From NCBI GenBank assembly GCA_050179875.1, contig JBFXES010000001.1:2995-66994 (forward strand): a DNA stretch of 64,000 bases. Direction: 5' to 3'. This document shows, piece after piece, positions 19,087 through 27,967 of the stretch (the first letter of the stretch is position 1; every line of letters begins with the position of its first letter). The DNA is from Thiohalomonadaceae bacterium (GTDB taxonomy: Bacteria > Pseudomonadota > Gammaproteobacteria > Thiohalomonadales > Thiohalomonadaceae). Under the pieces are notes generated by a model. That model worked only from the letters and a program-made list of their open reading frames with translations, was not told the origin of the DNA and searched no databases. Position numbers and translations under genes: made by a program.

Positions 19087-19125
19087 GGTCCGCTCCCACG
19101 CGACGAGATTGGGAGCGGACCTTTC
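19087..19125 (+). terminator. hairpin terminator after the OmpA-family gene
   Basis: 12-bp perfect stem GGTCCGCTCCCA/TGGGAGCGGACC with an 11-nt loop, followed by TTTCG (weak T tract). Confidence 0.5.
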
Positions 19126-19138
19126 GCCGCGACACACC

Positions 19139-19714
19139 ATGAAGCTCCAACGCTGCCCCTGGGTCGCCGCCGACCCTGACATGCTGCGCTACCACGACGA
19201 GGAATGGGGCCGGCCGTCCCACGACGAGCGGCATCTGTTCGAGATGCTGGTGCTCGAAGGCGCCCAGGCGGGGCTGTCGTGGTCCACCATCCTGCACAAG
19301 CGCGCCGCCTATCGCCGCGCCTTCGACGGCTTCGATCCGGCGCGCGTGGCGCGCTTCGACGAAGACCGCCTGCGTGCGCTGCTCGCCGACCGCGGCATCG
19401 TGCGCAACCGCCTCAAGCTGGAGTCGGCCATAAACAACGCCCGCGCCGTGCTTGAACTGCGCGAGACGGGCGAGGGGCTGGACACCTTTCTCTGGTCGTT
19501 CGTCGACGGCGTGCCCCGCCAGAACCGCTGGCGCCGCCTGGAACAGATCCCCGCCACCACGCCCGAGTCGGAGGCCATGAGCAAGGCCCTCAAGCGGCGC
19601 GGCTTCAGCTTCGTGGGCAGCACCGTGTGTTACGCCTTCATGCAGGCGGTGGGCATGGTGAACGATCACCTCGTCACATGCCCGTGGCACGCGCGCGTGC
19701 AGCAGCAAAAGTGA
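19139..19714 (+). CDS. tag: DNA-3-methyladenine glycosylase I
   Basis: MKLQRCPWV...YHDEEWG.P..D...LFE.L.LEGAQAGLSW is diagnostic for Tag. Start chosen downstream of the terminator hairpin. Confidence 0.92.
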   Translation: MKLQRCPWVAADPDMLRYHDEEWGRPSHDERHLFEMLVLEGAQAGLSWSTILHKRAAYRRAFDGFDPARVARFDEDRLRALLADRGIVRNRLKLESAINNARAVLELRETGEGLDTFLWSFVDGVPRQNRWRRLEQIPATTPESEAMSKALKRRGFSFVGSTVCYAFMQAVGMVNDHLVTCPWHARVQQQK

Positions 19715-19826
19715 CGCATCGCCTACGGTCCGCGTTCTCCCGTACCCGCTTCGGGTATCGGAGTCCTCCGGCCGGGATTGCAAGTCCGTGGACAGGCCCC
19801 GCGGGCCGGACCGTAAAGTACGCGCC

Positions 19827-20135
19827 ATGGGCGGGCACACGGCACGGAGGCGGCTTGCGGAGAATCTGCGCGTTCTCCGCCTGTTGCATGGCTGGTCGCA
19901 GGAAGAACTGGCCGACGCGGCGCGGCTCGACCGCTCCTACGTGGGCGGCATCGAACGCGCCCGGCGCAACGTCAGCCTCGACAACCTGGAGCGCCTCGCC
20001 GGTGCCTTCGGCCTCACCGTCACCGAGCTACTCCAGGCGCCCGACGCGCGTGCCGTGGGCGAGCGTCTGCTCGCCAACATCCGCAAGGCCGTGGAGCAGG
20101 CGGAACATGAAGACGCAGCAGAAAGGGATGTTTGA
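19827..20135 (+). CDS. XRE-family helix-turn-helix transcriptional regulator
   Basis: LRVLRLLHGWSQEELADAARLDRSYVGGIERARRNVSLDNLERLA is a classic Cro/CI HTH. Confidence 0.85.
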   Translation: MGGHTARRRLAENLRVLRLLHGWSQEELADAARLDRSYVGGIERARRNVSLDNLERLAGAFGLTVTELLQAPDARAVGERLLANIRKAVEQAEHEDAAERDV

Positions 20136-20136
20136 T

Positions 20137-20340
20137 ATGCAATTGATGCGACGCGGCATCGGTCAGATGATCCGCATTCAACCGGCGCCGGACCTGGACC
20201 CGGCGACGCCCGTGGGCGAGCTGTTCCACAAACCGGTGGAACTGATGGTCATCCAGGCGCAGGGCGATCACGCCCGCTTCGCCATCTACGCGGATCAGCG
20301 CTTCCTGGTGATCGAGGAGGAACTGGTGCGCTGTCGTTGA
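20137..20340 (+). CDS. small protein (67 aa), faint CsrA-like pattern, coupled to the XRE gene
   Basis: ATG 2 nt after the XRE stop. RBS AAGGGA 8 nt upstream. MQLMRRGIGQMIRI...VELMVIQAQGDHARFAIYADQRFLVIEEEL resembles the CsrA beta-strand pattern with an insertion. Confidence 0.5.
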   Translation: MQLMRRGIGQMIRIQPAPDLDPATPVGELFHKPVELMVIQAQGDHARFAIYADQRFLVIEEELVRCR

Positions 20341-20354
20341 CGGCGCGGGAGAGC

Positions 20355-21305
20355 TCAGGCCTTGGCCATGGCCGGGCGGCGCAGGCGCTGCACGGCCATC
20401 ACCGCCAGCAGCACCAGCGCGCCGGTGATCACGCCGCCTACCGCGTTCACCAGCGGCGGCGTCAGCGCGGCGAGGATGCCGCCGAGGGCGGGCAGGGCGC
20501 CGACCCAGTGCGTCGCGCTCTCCACCAGGTGATGGGCGGCCGGGATGCCGTGCATCACGATGCCGCCGCCCACCAGGAACATGGCCGCGGTGCCGGCCAC
20601 GGACAAGGCCTTCATGAGCCAGGGCGCCGCGCGCAGCAGGCCGGCGCCGACGCGGCGTTGCAGCGCCGTTAACGCGCCTTCGCCGTGTCGCTGCGAAAGG
20701 TACAGCCCGGCGTCGTCCATTTTCACGATGCCGGCCACCAGGCCATACACGCCCACGGTGATGGCGACGGCGATGCCCACCAGCACGGTGAGCTGGGTGA
20801 GGAAGGGCGCGTCGGTGACCGTGCCGAGGGTGATGGCGATGATCTCCGCCGAGAGCACGAAGTCGGTGCGGATGGCACCGCGGATCTTCTCCTGCTCCAG
20901 CGCCACCAGATCCGCGGCCGGATCGGCCAGCGCCTGCAAGGTCTGCGCGTGGTGCACCTCCTCTTCGGCCTTGTGCAGGAAACGGTGCGCCAGTTTCTCC
21001 ACGCCCTCGAAGCACAGGAAGGCGCCGCCGATCATCAGCAGCGGCACCACCAGCCACGGCACGAAGGCGCTGATGGCCAGCGCCACCGGCACCAGGATGG
21101 CCTTGTTCATCAGCGAGCCCTTGGCCACCGCCCACACCACCGGCAGTTCGCGCTCCGGATTCACGCCCGTGACCTGCTGCGCGTTGAGGGCGAGGTCGTC
21201 GCCGAGCACACCGGCAGTCTTTTTGCCGGCGACCTTCGCCAGCACGGCGACGTCGTCGAGCACGGAGGCGATATCGTCGATGAGGATGAACAGACTGCTG
21301 GCCAT
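20355..21305 (-). CDS. DUF808 (YedI-like) membrane protein
   Basis: Start at [20 protein letters not shown]. The sequence is typical of the DUF808 family throughout. Confidence 0.85.
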   Translation of the reverse strand: MASSLFILIDDIASVLDDVAVLAKVAGKKTAGVLGDDLALNAQQVTGVNPERELPVVWAVAKGSLMNKAILVPVALAISAFVPWLVVPLLMIGGAFLCFEGVEKLAHRFLHKAEEEVHHAQTLQALADPAADLVALEQEKIRGAIRTDFVLSAEIIAITLGTVTDAPFLTQLTVLVGIAVAITVGVYGLVAGIVKMDDAGLYLSQRHGEGALTALQRRVGAGLLRAAPWLMKALSVAGTAAMFLVGGGIVMHGIPAAHHLVESATHWVGALPALGGILAALTPPLVNAVGGVITGALVLLAVMAVQRLRRPAMAKA

Positions 21306-21406
21306 GCGGTGGCTCCCGGGAAATGACGGCCGATCATACCCCAGGGGTTGGAGCGCGCGCCGGCGTGGATTCATGGGCGACAGGGGCCGTCGCACCGGCA
21401 TGAAAA

Positions 21407-21430
21407 ATCGCGGCCTGAGGCCGCTCCCAC
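21407..21430. repeat. single REP copy (family B)
   Basis: ATCGCGGCCTGAGGCCGCTCCCAC is the reverse complement of GTGGGAGCGGCCTCAGGCCGCGAT, identical to the copy at 4253-4276. Confidence 0.8.
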
Positions 21431-21434
21431 GGCC

Positions 21435-21647
21435 TCAGGGTTTACTGTCTTCCTCTTCCTTTTTGGTTTCCTGCTCCTGCTCTTCGGCGACTTCCAGCCA
21501 ATAGGGTTCGGCCTCGCAGGCGCAGACGGGATCGCCCCATTCGGGCTCGCTGGTATCGATGCGCACCGAGATGCGGCCGCTTGCCTTGGGCTTGGCCGCC
21601 GCCTCCTCGCCCGCAGGCCGATCGGAATGGTCTTTGGTATCGGTCAT
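21435..21647 (-). CDS. small acidic protein (70 aa) with CxC motif
   Basis: ATG 21647 preceded by GGAG (7 nt). MTDTKDH...GDPVCACEAEPYWLEV, then an E/K-rich tail. Lies 50 nt downstream of the CtaG-like gene on the same strand. Confidence 0.5.
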   Translation of the reverse strand: MTDTKDHSDRPAGEEAAAKPKASGRISVRIDTSEPEWGDPVCACEAEPYWLEVAEEQEQETKKEEEDSKP

Positions 21648-21696
21648 GGCGACACTCCACGGTTTGCCCTCGTCTTCCCCTAAAGCTAGCTTTCTG

Positions 21697-22593
21697 TCAG
21701 CCTCCAGCCCGCGTCGTCTCACCACGTCCATGCCCAACATGCGCGCCGGCCTCCACGGCGCGCAGCCACGCGGCCATCGAATACAACCCGGCGGTGAGGT
21801 ACATCAGCCCTGCCGGGACCCACATGACCAGCCCGGCCAGTTGCTGATCCTCCAGCGCCGTCCAGCCGAAGGGCGCGGCATGGCGATAGCTGGGGTAGAG
21901 CGGTGTGGTGGCGAAGGTGAGCAGCGCACCCAGCAGCCCCGAGTGCATCACCGTGGCCAGGGACCAGAACGCCCCCGCACCGTGGTGAGCGGCCGCGTTG
22001 CGCCCTGCGTGCAACAGGCTGTACCAGAACAGCAGGGCGGTGAACAAAAAGCTGCCGTGCTCCAGCACATGCACCGGTTCGCTGGCGAGTGCGGCTTCAT
22101 AGGGGCCGGGTGCGTGCCAGAACCACACGGTCAAGCCGTGCAGCAGGAAGGCCACGAACGGGCGTGTGAGCGCCGCGGCCCGGCCCAGCAACCAGCGACG
22201 CACCACGGGCGGGCTGCCGCGCAGCAGTGGCGCCATGGGCGCGCCCAGCGCCAGCAGCGGCGCGGCCACCGCCATGATCAGCATGTGCTGGACCATGTGC
22301 ATGCTGAAGCTCGTCGCCGCGAGCGCATCGAGGGGGCCGACGAGCGCGGCTCCCAGTGCCGACAGCGCAAGACCGAAGCAGGCCGCACGCCACGCCGGGA
22401 GTCTGCGCGCATCACGTGGATGCCGCCACAGCGCGCGCACGCGCAGGCCGTAGGCGAAGGCCGCGCACCCAAGCGCGATGAGCGTGATGAACTCTATCGG
22501 CCCGATGGCTTCCGCTTCCTGGTGCGCGCGCGCCAACAGCGGCGCTGCCGTCATGGCAGCCGCGAAGAGCCTGCGTGTGCGCGACAGGGCCAT
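21697..22593 (-). CDS. cytochrome c oxidase assembly factor CtaG-like membrane protein (Caa3_CtaG family)
   Basis: Start at MALSRTRR. The SMHMVQHMLIM motif, multiple TM segments and LEDQQLAGLVMWVP are typical of this family. Confidence 0.75.
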   Translation of the reverse strand: MALSRTRRLFAAAMTAAPLLARAHQEAEAIGPIEFITLIALGCAAFAYGLRVRALWRHPRDARRLPAWRAACFGLALSALGAALVGPLDALAATSFSMHMVQHMLIMAVAAPLLALGAPMAPLLRGSPPVVRRWLLGRAAALTRPFVAFLLHGLTVWFWHAPGPYEAALASEPVHVLEHGSFLFTALLFWYSLLHAGRNAAAHHGAGAFWSLATVMHSGLLGALLTFATTPLYPSYRHAAPFGWTALEDQQLAGLVMWVPAGLMYLTAGLYSMAAWLRAVEAGAHVGHGRGETTRAGG

Positions 22594-22678
22594 GGTTCTA
22601 CCGTAGTCCAGCCGTGGCCTATGCTCGGATTGATGACCCACCGCCTCGCGCGGCCTGCGCGCAAACAGGAGGCATTCC

Positions 22679-23398
22679 ATGGGCGTGCTGTCCAGGCTGG
22701 CGACCCTGCTCAAGGCCAAGATGAACCAGATGCTGTCGGCGTCCGAGGACCCCGCAGCCATGCTGGATTACTCCTATGACAAGCAACGCGAGCTGCTGCA
22801 GGACGTGAAGCGCGGCATCGTGGAAGTGGTGACCTCGCGGCGGCGCCTGGAACTGCAGGCGGAAAAGCTGCGCGGGAACATCGCCAGGCTGGAGAAGCAG
22901 TCGCGCGACGCGCTCGCGGCGGGACGCGAGGACCTCGCCCGCCTGGCCATACAGCGCAAGCAGGCCGCGAGCCGGCAGATCGAGGGGCTGCAAAACCAGA
23001 TCGCCGATCTGGAGCAGGAACAACAGAACCTGGAAGCGGCCGAGTCCAAGCTCGCCGCCAAGGTGGAGGGCTTCCGCAGCCGCAAGGAAGTCACCAAGGC
23101 GCGCTACTCCGCCGCCGAGGCGCAGGTGCGCATCGGCGAGGCGGCCACCGGGCTGTCGGAGGAAATGGCGTCCGTCGGCCTCGCCATCGAACGCGCGGAA
23201 AACAAGACCGAGGACATGCGTGCACGCGCCTCCGCCATCGACGAACTGGTGGCGGCCGGCACTCTCGACGAACTCGGCTCGCCCGCGGCGGACAGGCTGG
23301 ACCGCGAGCTGGCCCGGATGACCGCCGCGCAGAGCGTGGAAGCGGAACTGGCCGCGTTGAAACAGCAGGTGGGATCACAGGAGGCGAGGCCTTCCTAG
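22679..23398 (+). CDS. pspA: PspA/IM30 family protein (phage shock protein A)
   Basis: MGVLSRLATLLKAKMNQMLSASEDPAAMLDYSY...; coiled-coil PspA architecture; RBS CAGGAGG. Confidence 0.92.
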   Translation: MGVLSRLATLLKAKMNQMLSASEDPAAMLDYSYDKQRELLQDVKRGIVEVVTSRRRLELQAEKLRGNIARLEKQSRDALAAGREDLARLAIQRKQAASRQIEGLQNQIADLEQEQQNLEAAESKLAAKVEGFRSRKEVTKARYSAAEAQVRIGEAATGLSEEMASVGLAIERAENKTEDMRARASAIDELVAAGTLDELGSPAADRLDRELARMTAAQSVEAELAALKQQVGSQEARPS

Positions 23399-23445
23399 AA
23401 ATCGCGACCATCGCCCACGGGCTGGGCGCCTACGGAGGAGCAAGG

Positions 23446-23724
23446 ATGATTGTGCGGATTCTCGACGAAGGCCAATACCGACTCGATAGCGCCTATCTCG
23501 ATCGCCTGAACGAGATCGACGACATGCTGGTGGCCGTGGTCGCGGGCGAAAGCGGTCAGGACTTCGAGCCCCTGTTCCAGCAGATGCTTCAACTGGTGCG
23601 CGAACACGGCAAGCCCGTCGCCGATGACGAACTGGTCACCTCGGACGTGGTCCTCCCCAGTCCCTCCATGCACCTGGACGACATCAAGGCGCTGTTCACG
23701 GGCGAGGGCGTGGTGCCGGGCTGA
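23446..23724 (+). CDS. PspA-associated protein PspAA
   Basis: 92 aa. MIVRILDEGQYRLDSAYLDRLNEIDD... matches the PspAA family as I remember it. Immediately downstream of pspA. Confidence 0.75.
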   Translation: MIVRILDEGQYRLDSAYLDRLNEIDDMLVAVVAGESGQDFEPLFQQMLQLVREHGKPVADDELVTSDVVLPSPSMHLDDIKALFTGEGVVPG

Positions 23725-23759
23725 AACGCGGCGGGACAGGCCACGGCGACCTATTGAGG

Positions 23760-24570
23760 CCGCGCATTCGCCAACGGAAGAAGGCCGTCGCAGGAGCCCA
23801 CACCGTGGGCGAACGCCTTTCATCCGCGGCGGTGACCGAAGCCGCGTTCGCCGACGATGTCGGCTCCTACCGAAGCAGGCGGTTGTAGGAGCCCACACCG
23901 TGGGCGAACGCCTTTTATCCGCTGTGGCCTGTCGAACCGCGCGTTCGCCGACGATATCGGCTCCTACGGAAGCAGGCCGTTGTAGGAGCCCACACCGTGG
24001 GCGAATGCCTTTCAGCCGCTGTGGCCTGTCGAACCGCGCATTCGCCGACGATGTCGGCTCCTACGGAAGAAGGCCGTCGTAGGAGCCCACACCGTGGGCG
24101 AATGCCTTTCAGCCGCTGTGGCCTGTCGAACCGCGCATTCGCCGACGATGTCGGCTCCTACGGAAGCAGGCGGTTGTAGGAGCCCACACCGTGGGCGAAG
24201 GCCTTTCAGCCGCCGTGGCTCACCGGCCGGCGCAATTCGCCGACGATGTCGGCTCCTACGGAAGCAGGCGGGTGTAGGAGCCCACACCGTGGGCGAATGC
24301 CTTTCAGCCGCCGTGGTTCACCGGACCCGCGCAATTCGCCGACGATATCGGCTCCTACGGAAGAAGGCCGTTGTAGGAGCCCACACCGTGGGCGAATGCC
24401 TTTCAGCCGCCGTGGCTCACCGGCCGGCGCAATTCGCCGACGATGTCGGCTCCTACGGAAGAAGGTGGGTTGTAGGAGCCCACACCGTGGGCGAATGCCT
24501 TTCAGCCGCTGTGGCCTGTCGAACCGCGCATTCGCCGACGATGTCGGCCCCTACGGGGAACGCGTGTAGG
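23760..24570. repeat. tandem array of 8 REP doublets (REPIN/BIME-like), period 95-99 bp, plus a truncated unit at the 5' end
   Basis: Unit heads (GTAGGAGCC) are at 23790, 23885, 23982, 24079, 24176, 24274, 24373 and 24472. Each unit is GTAGGAGCCCACACCGTGGGCGAATGC, a 26-29 nt variable centre, then GCATTCGCCGACGATGTCGGCTCCTAC, then a 13-15 nt linker. Confidence 0.92.
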
Positions 24571-24574
24571 CAAA

Positions 24575-25132
24575 TCAAAGCGGCATGTCCCACAGCGGGA
24601 ACCAGCGTTCCTGCTCCTTTTCCAGCGGGAGCTCGTGTTCCATGAGCGATTGCAGCCGCAGCTCCGCCGCGTTGTCGCGCTGGTGTTCGCCGACGCCGGG
24701 CACGAGGGGATAGAAGGCAGCGCGCTTGTAGTTGTAGATCCAGTAGACCGGCTTCATGCCCTGCCGGAACGCGAACACCGCCGCCAGGAGCTGTTCGCCG
24801 AAACCGTGTTCCTGCAAGGTCAGGCTGGCCATGTGCATGGCTGCGATGAGGTCTTCCATGGCGGCGTTCTGCAGGACCACCCAGAGAAAGCCGTGGCCGT
24901 CGCGCAGGAAATCGACGCGCGTGTGGCCGTCGGCGAGGATGGCGCGCACTTCCGCCTCGGCCTCGGCAAAGCGCGTGGAACGTACCGGCCGCAGGCACAC
25001 GCCGGCGCGGCCGGCAGGGGCGAGGCCCAGTTCGACGGTGAGCGTGACCGACGCGGTGGCCATGGCGAACAGCGGTTCGAGCGACGACTTCACCGGCCGT
25101 GAACGGCCGAGCAGCGCATCGAGCAGTCTCAT
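24575..25132 (-). CDS. conserved hypothetical protein co-transcribed with htpX (possibly the PspAB family)
   Basis: 185 aa. ATGA overlap with the htpX stop. The name rests on my recollection of PspA/PspAA/PspAB/HtpX-like neighbourhoods and is unverified. Confidence 0.6.
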   Translation of the reverse strand: MRLLDALLGRSRPVKSSLEPLFAMATASVTLTVELGLAPAGRAGVCLRPVRSTRFAEAEAEVRAILADGHTRVDFLRDGHGFLWVVLQNAAMEDLIAAMHMASLTLQEHGFGEQLLAAVFAFRQGMKPVYWIYNYKRAAFYPLVPGVGEHQRDNAAELRLQSLMEHELPLEKEQERWFPLWDMPL

Positions 25133-26022
25133 CGCCCTTCCATCTGCCGCTCCAGCCGCCGCAGTTGCGCGAGCCGCTTGTCCAGCGGCGGATGGGTGGC
25201 GAACAACTCGGACATCACGTCGCCGGTGGCGGCCGGGAAGATGAGGAAGGCGTTCATGGCTTCCACCTCGCGCAGGTCACGCGTGGGGATGCGCTGCAGA
25301 TTGCCGCTGATCTTCACCAGCGCCGACGACAGCCGCGAGGGCGCGCCGGTGATCACCGCCGCGCCGCGGTCCGCCGCCAGTTCGCGATAGCGCGACAGGG
25401 CGCGGATGAGAAAGAAGCTGATCACCCACACCGCCAGCGAGGCCAGGTAAACCAACGCGACGCCCGCCGCGTTCTGCCGGCGTCCGCCGAAGGCGCCGGC
25501 CCACATCAGGCGGCGCATGAGCAGTTGCGCCAAGGTGGCGAAAAAGCTGGCGAGGGTGATCACCATGACGTCGCGATGGCGCACATGACTCAGCTCGTGG
25601 GCCAGCACCGCCTCGAGCTCACCCGCATCGAGACGCTGCAGCAGACCGGTGGTGACGGCCACCACCGCGGCCTTGGGACTGCGGCCGGTGGCGAAGGCAT
25701 TGGGCAAGGAGGTGTTCACCACGGCGATGCGCGGCTTGGGCAGATCCGCCAGCGCGCACAGCCTCTCCACCGTGGCATGCAGGTCAGGCGCCTCTTCGGG
25801 CGTCACCTCGCGCGCCCCCATGGACCACAGCACGATGCGATCGGAGTAGTAATACTGCAAGCCGAGCAGCACCGCCGCGATGAGCACTACGCCGGCCATG
25901 GACATGCCGCTGCTCCAAAGCACGGCGATGAAGCCGAGGTAGAGCGCGGCGAGGAGGAACATCACCACCAGCATGCGCACGGTGAGCTGCTTGTCTTCCG
26001 CGTACCAGTGGGGCCTTGCCAT
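25129..26022 (-). CDS. htpX: zinc metalloprotease HtpX (peptidase M48)
   Basis: Start at MARPHWY. HELSH zinc motif, 4 TM segments, ELAADRGAA and THPPLDKR motifs. Confidence 0.92.
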   Translation of the reverse strand: MARPHWYAEDKQLTVRMLVVMFLLAALYLGFIAVLWSSGMSMAGVVLIAAVLLGLQYYYSDRIVLWSMGAREVTPEEAPDLHATVERLCALADLPKPRIAVVNTSLPNAFATGRSPKAAVVAVTTGLLQRLDAGELEAVLAHELSHVRHRDVMVITLASFFATLAQLLMRRLMWAGAFGGRRQNAAGVALVYLASLAVWVISFFLIRALSRYRELAADRGAAVITGAPSRLSSALVKISGNLQRIPTRDLREVEAMNAFLIFPAATGDVMSELFATHPPLDKRLAQLRRLERQMEGR

Positions 26023-26416
26023 GGTGATTTCCCGCGGCGACCGCGCCGTTGATCGGAGTATAGAGAGCGGCGGCGCGCCTTCGCGGCGCAAAAAAGCGCC
26101 GCCTGTGTCGGCGGCCGTACCAAAGGAGAGTGGAGGAGGCTGGCAGCCCCGCGATCCTAGAAAGTTAGTCCCGAAGGACGCATCCCTTAGACCGGTGGCT
26201 TTGCGCCCTTGTCTTTCAACAAGTTTGCCTTTATCAGCCTCATCTTGAGCCTAGGCGGTCGCGCTCCGTCCTCCATGAACACTCCGCGGAAAAACCGCCC
26301 ACGCGATTGCGCAGGACCCTTCAAGCGATTGACGACCACGCCCCGCGCCGTGGTGGCGCCGACCCGGCGTCTTGCAGCAGAATTCACCCGCCAGACCGAG
26401 AACGCCCCGGGGAATC

Positions 26417-27016
26417 ATGCGTCCACTGATCACGCTCATCGCCGTCACACTGCTCGCAGGCTGCACCACGGCGCCGCCGCGCAACCTGGACAATTCCTGC
26501 GCCATTTTCGAGGAATACCGGGGCTGGTATCGCGCCACCAAACGGGTGCAGGAGAAATACGGTCTGCCCCAGCACGTGCAGCTCGCCATCGTGCATCAGG
26601 AATCCCGCTTCAACGCCGACGCGAAGACGCCGCGCCGTTATCTGCTGGGCTTCATTCCCTGGCGGCGCGCCTCCACCGCCTACGGCTACGCGCAGGTGAA
26701 GGACGAGACCTGGTCCTGGTACCAGCGCAAGAGCGGCAACTGGATGGCCTCGCGCGACGATTTCGCCGACGCGGTGGAATTCATCGGCTGGTACAGCGAC
26801 ATCAGCCAGCGCACCCTGGGGATCTCCAAATGGGATGCGCGTCGGCAATACCTCGCCTATCACGAGGGTCACGGCGGTTATCAGCGCAAGACCTATCTGA
26901 AGAAACCCTGGCTGATGGACGTGGCGCGCAAGGTCGAGGCACGCGCGGCGCGCTACAACGCGCAACTGAAGACCTGCCGCGCGGAGCTGGAAGGACCGTG
27001 GTGGTGGCCGTTCTGA
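26417..27016 (+). CDS. lytic transglycosylase (SLT domain) lipoprotein
   Basis: RBS GGGGAA. Lipobox LLAGC. AIVHQESRFN catalytic region and YGYAQV motif. Confidence 0.85.
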   Translation: MRPLITLIAVTLLAGCTTAPPRNLDNSCAIFEEYRGWYRATKRVQEKYGLPQHVQLAIVHQESRFNADAKTPRRYLLGFIPWRRASTAYGYAQVKDETWSWYQRKSGNWMASRDDFADAVEFIGWYSDISQRTLGISKWDARRQYLAYHEGHGGYQRKTYLKKPWLMDVARKVEARAARYNAQLKTCRAELEGPWWWPF

Positions 27017-27049
27017 GGACGCGGCGGGGCATGGCCCCGCCGCTGTGCA

Positions 27050-27892
27050 TCACTTGAGGGTCTTGCCTTCGAACACCAGGGCCTGGCCCGGTTCGATGAC
27101 GCGCGCGCCCACGCGCAGCCGCCCGGCCTCGGCCACGAAGGCCTTCATGTCCTGCGCCAGCAGGGGGAAGGTGCCCCAGTGCATGGGCACGGCGGTGCGG
27201 GCGCCCACGGCCTTGGCCGCACGGGCCGCCACCTCGGGTCCCATGGTGAAGTGCCCGCCTGCCGAGAGCAGGGCGAGGTCGGGCGCATAGCGCTCGCCGA
27301 TGTACTGCATGTCGGAGAAATAGTCCGTGTCGCCCGTGTGGTAGATCACCGGGCCGCCCTCGATGCTCACCACGAAACCGGCGGGAGTGCCCGCGTACAC
27401 CACGGCCGGCGCATTGGGGTCCTTTTCCGCCAGCGGGTTGTCCATGCCGGCGGAATGCCTGGCGTCCGTCATGGCCACGCGCACCTCGCCGTCGGCGATG
27501 CGGATCTCGCCGCCCATGTTCATCATGGTGGGCATGCCGAACTGGCCCTCCGGGTAGCCGCGCAGCTTCACCATCTGCCGGCCCAGTTCGGGCATGGCGA
27601 CCAGCGTGGCGCCGGTCTTCTTCGCCAGGTCGGCGGCGTCGGCGATGTGATCGGTATGGCCGTGCGTGAGCAGGATGTAATCCACCCGCTTCACCTGCGC
27701 CAGCGGGTCCTTGCCCCCTGCGGCCGCGGGATTCTTCGGGTTCTTGAGCCAGGGGTCGATCATGAGCACGGCGCCCTTGGGGGTGACCACCTCGAAGGTG
27801 GCGTGGCCGTGCCAGATCACGCGCGTCTCTGCGGCGAAACCGGCTGCGCACCAGCCGAGCGCGATGACAAGGAGTGCTACACGTTTACGCAT
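27050..27892 (-). CDS. secreted metallo-beta-lactamase-fold hydrolase (UPF0173/UlaG-like)
   Basis: Signal peptide. ILLTHGHTDH motif. 280 aa. Confidence 0.85.
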   Translation of the reverse strand: MRKRVALLVIALGWCAAGFAAETRVIWHGHATFEVVTPKGAVLMIDPWLKNPKNPAAAGGKDPLAQVKRVDYILLTHGHTDHIADAADLAKKTGATLVAMPELGRQMVKLRGYPEGQFGMPTMMNMGGEIRIADGEVRVAMTDARHSAGMDNPLAEKDPNAPAVVYAGTPAGFVVSIEGGPVIYHTGDTDYFSDMQYIGERYAPDLALLSAGGHFTMGPEVAARAAKAVGARTAVPMHWGTFPLLAQDMKAFVAEAGRLRVGARVIEPGQALVFEGKTLK

Positions 27893-27967
27893 GGTCCCTC
27901 TCCGGATTGTTGTTGTGAGAGAAGAACATAGCAGCGGCCCGGACTAACGTGAAGCGGGAGAACGGTC

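Noticed and set aside
22594-22678. Sigma54 (-24/-12) promoter upstream of pspA, as in E. coli.
   Set aside because: The only TGGC element (GTGGCCTATGCTCGG) lacks a GC at the required GG-N10-GC spacing. No pspF-like activator gene is nearby.
23760-24570. Possible CRISPR array (regularly spaced ~97-bp repeats).
   Set aside because: The whole unit is repeated, including the 'spacer' portions, which fall into two or three near-identical variants. Each unit is an inverted REP pair with a GTAG head. There are no unique spacers and no cas genes.
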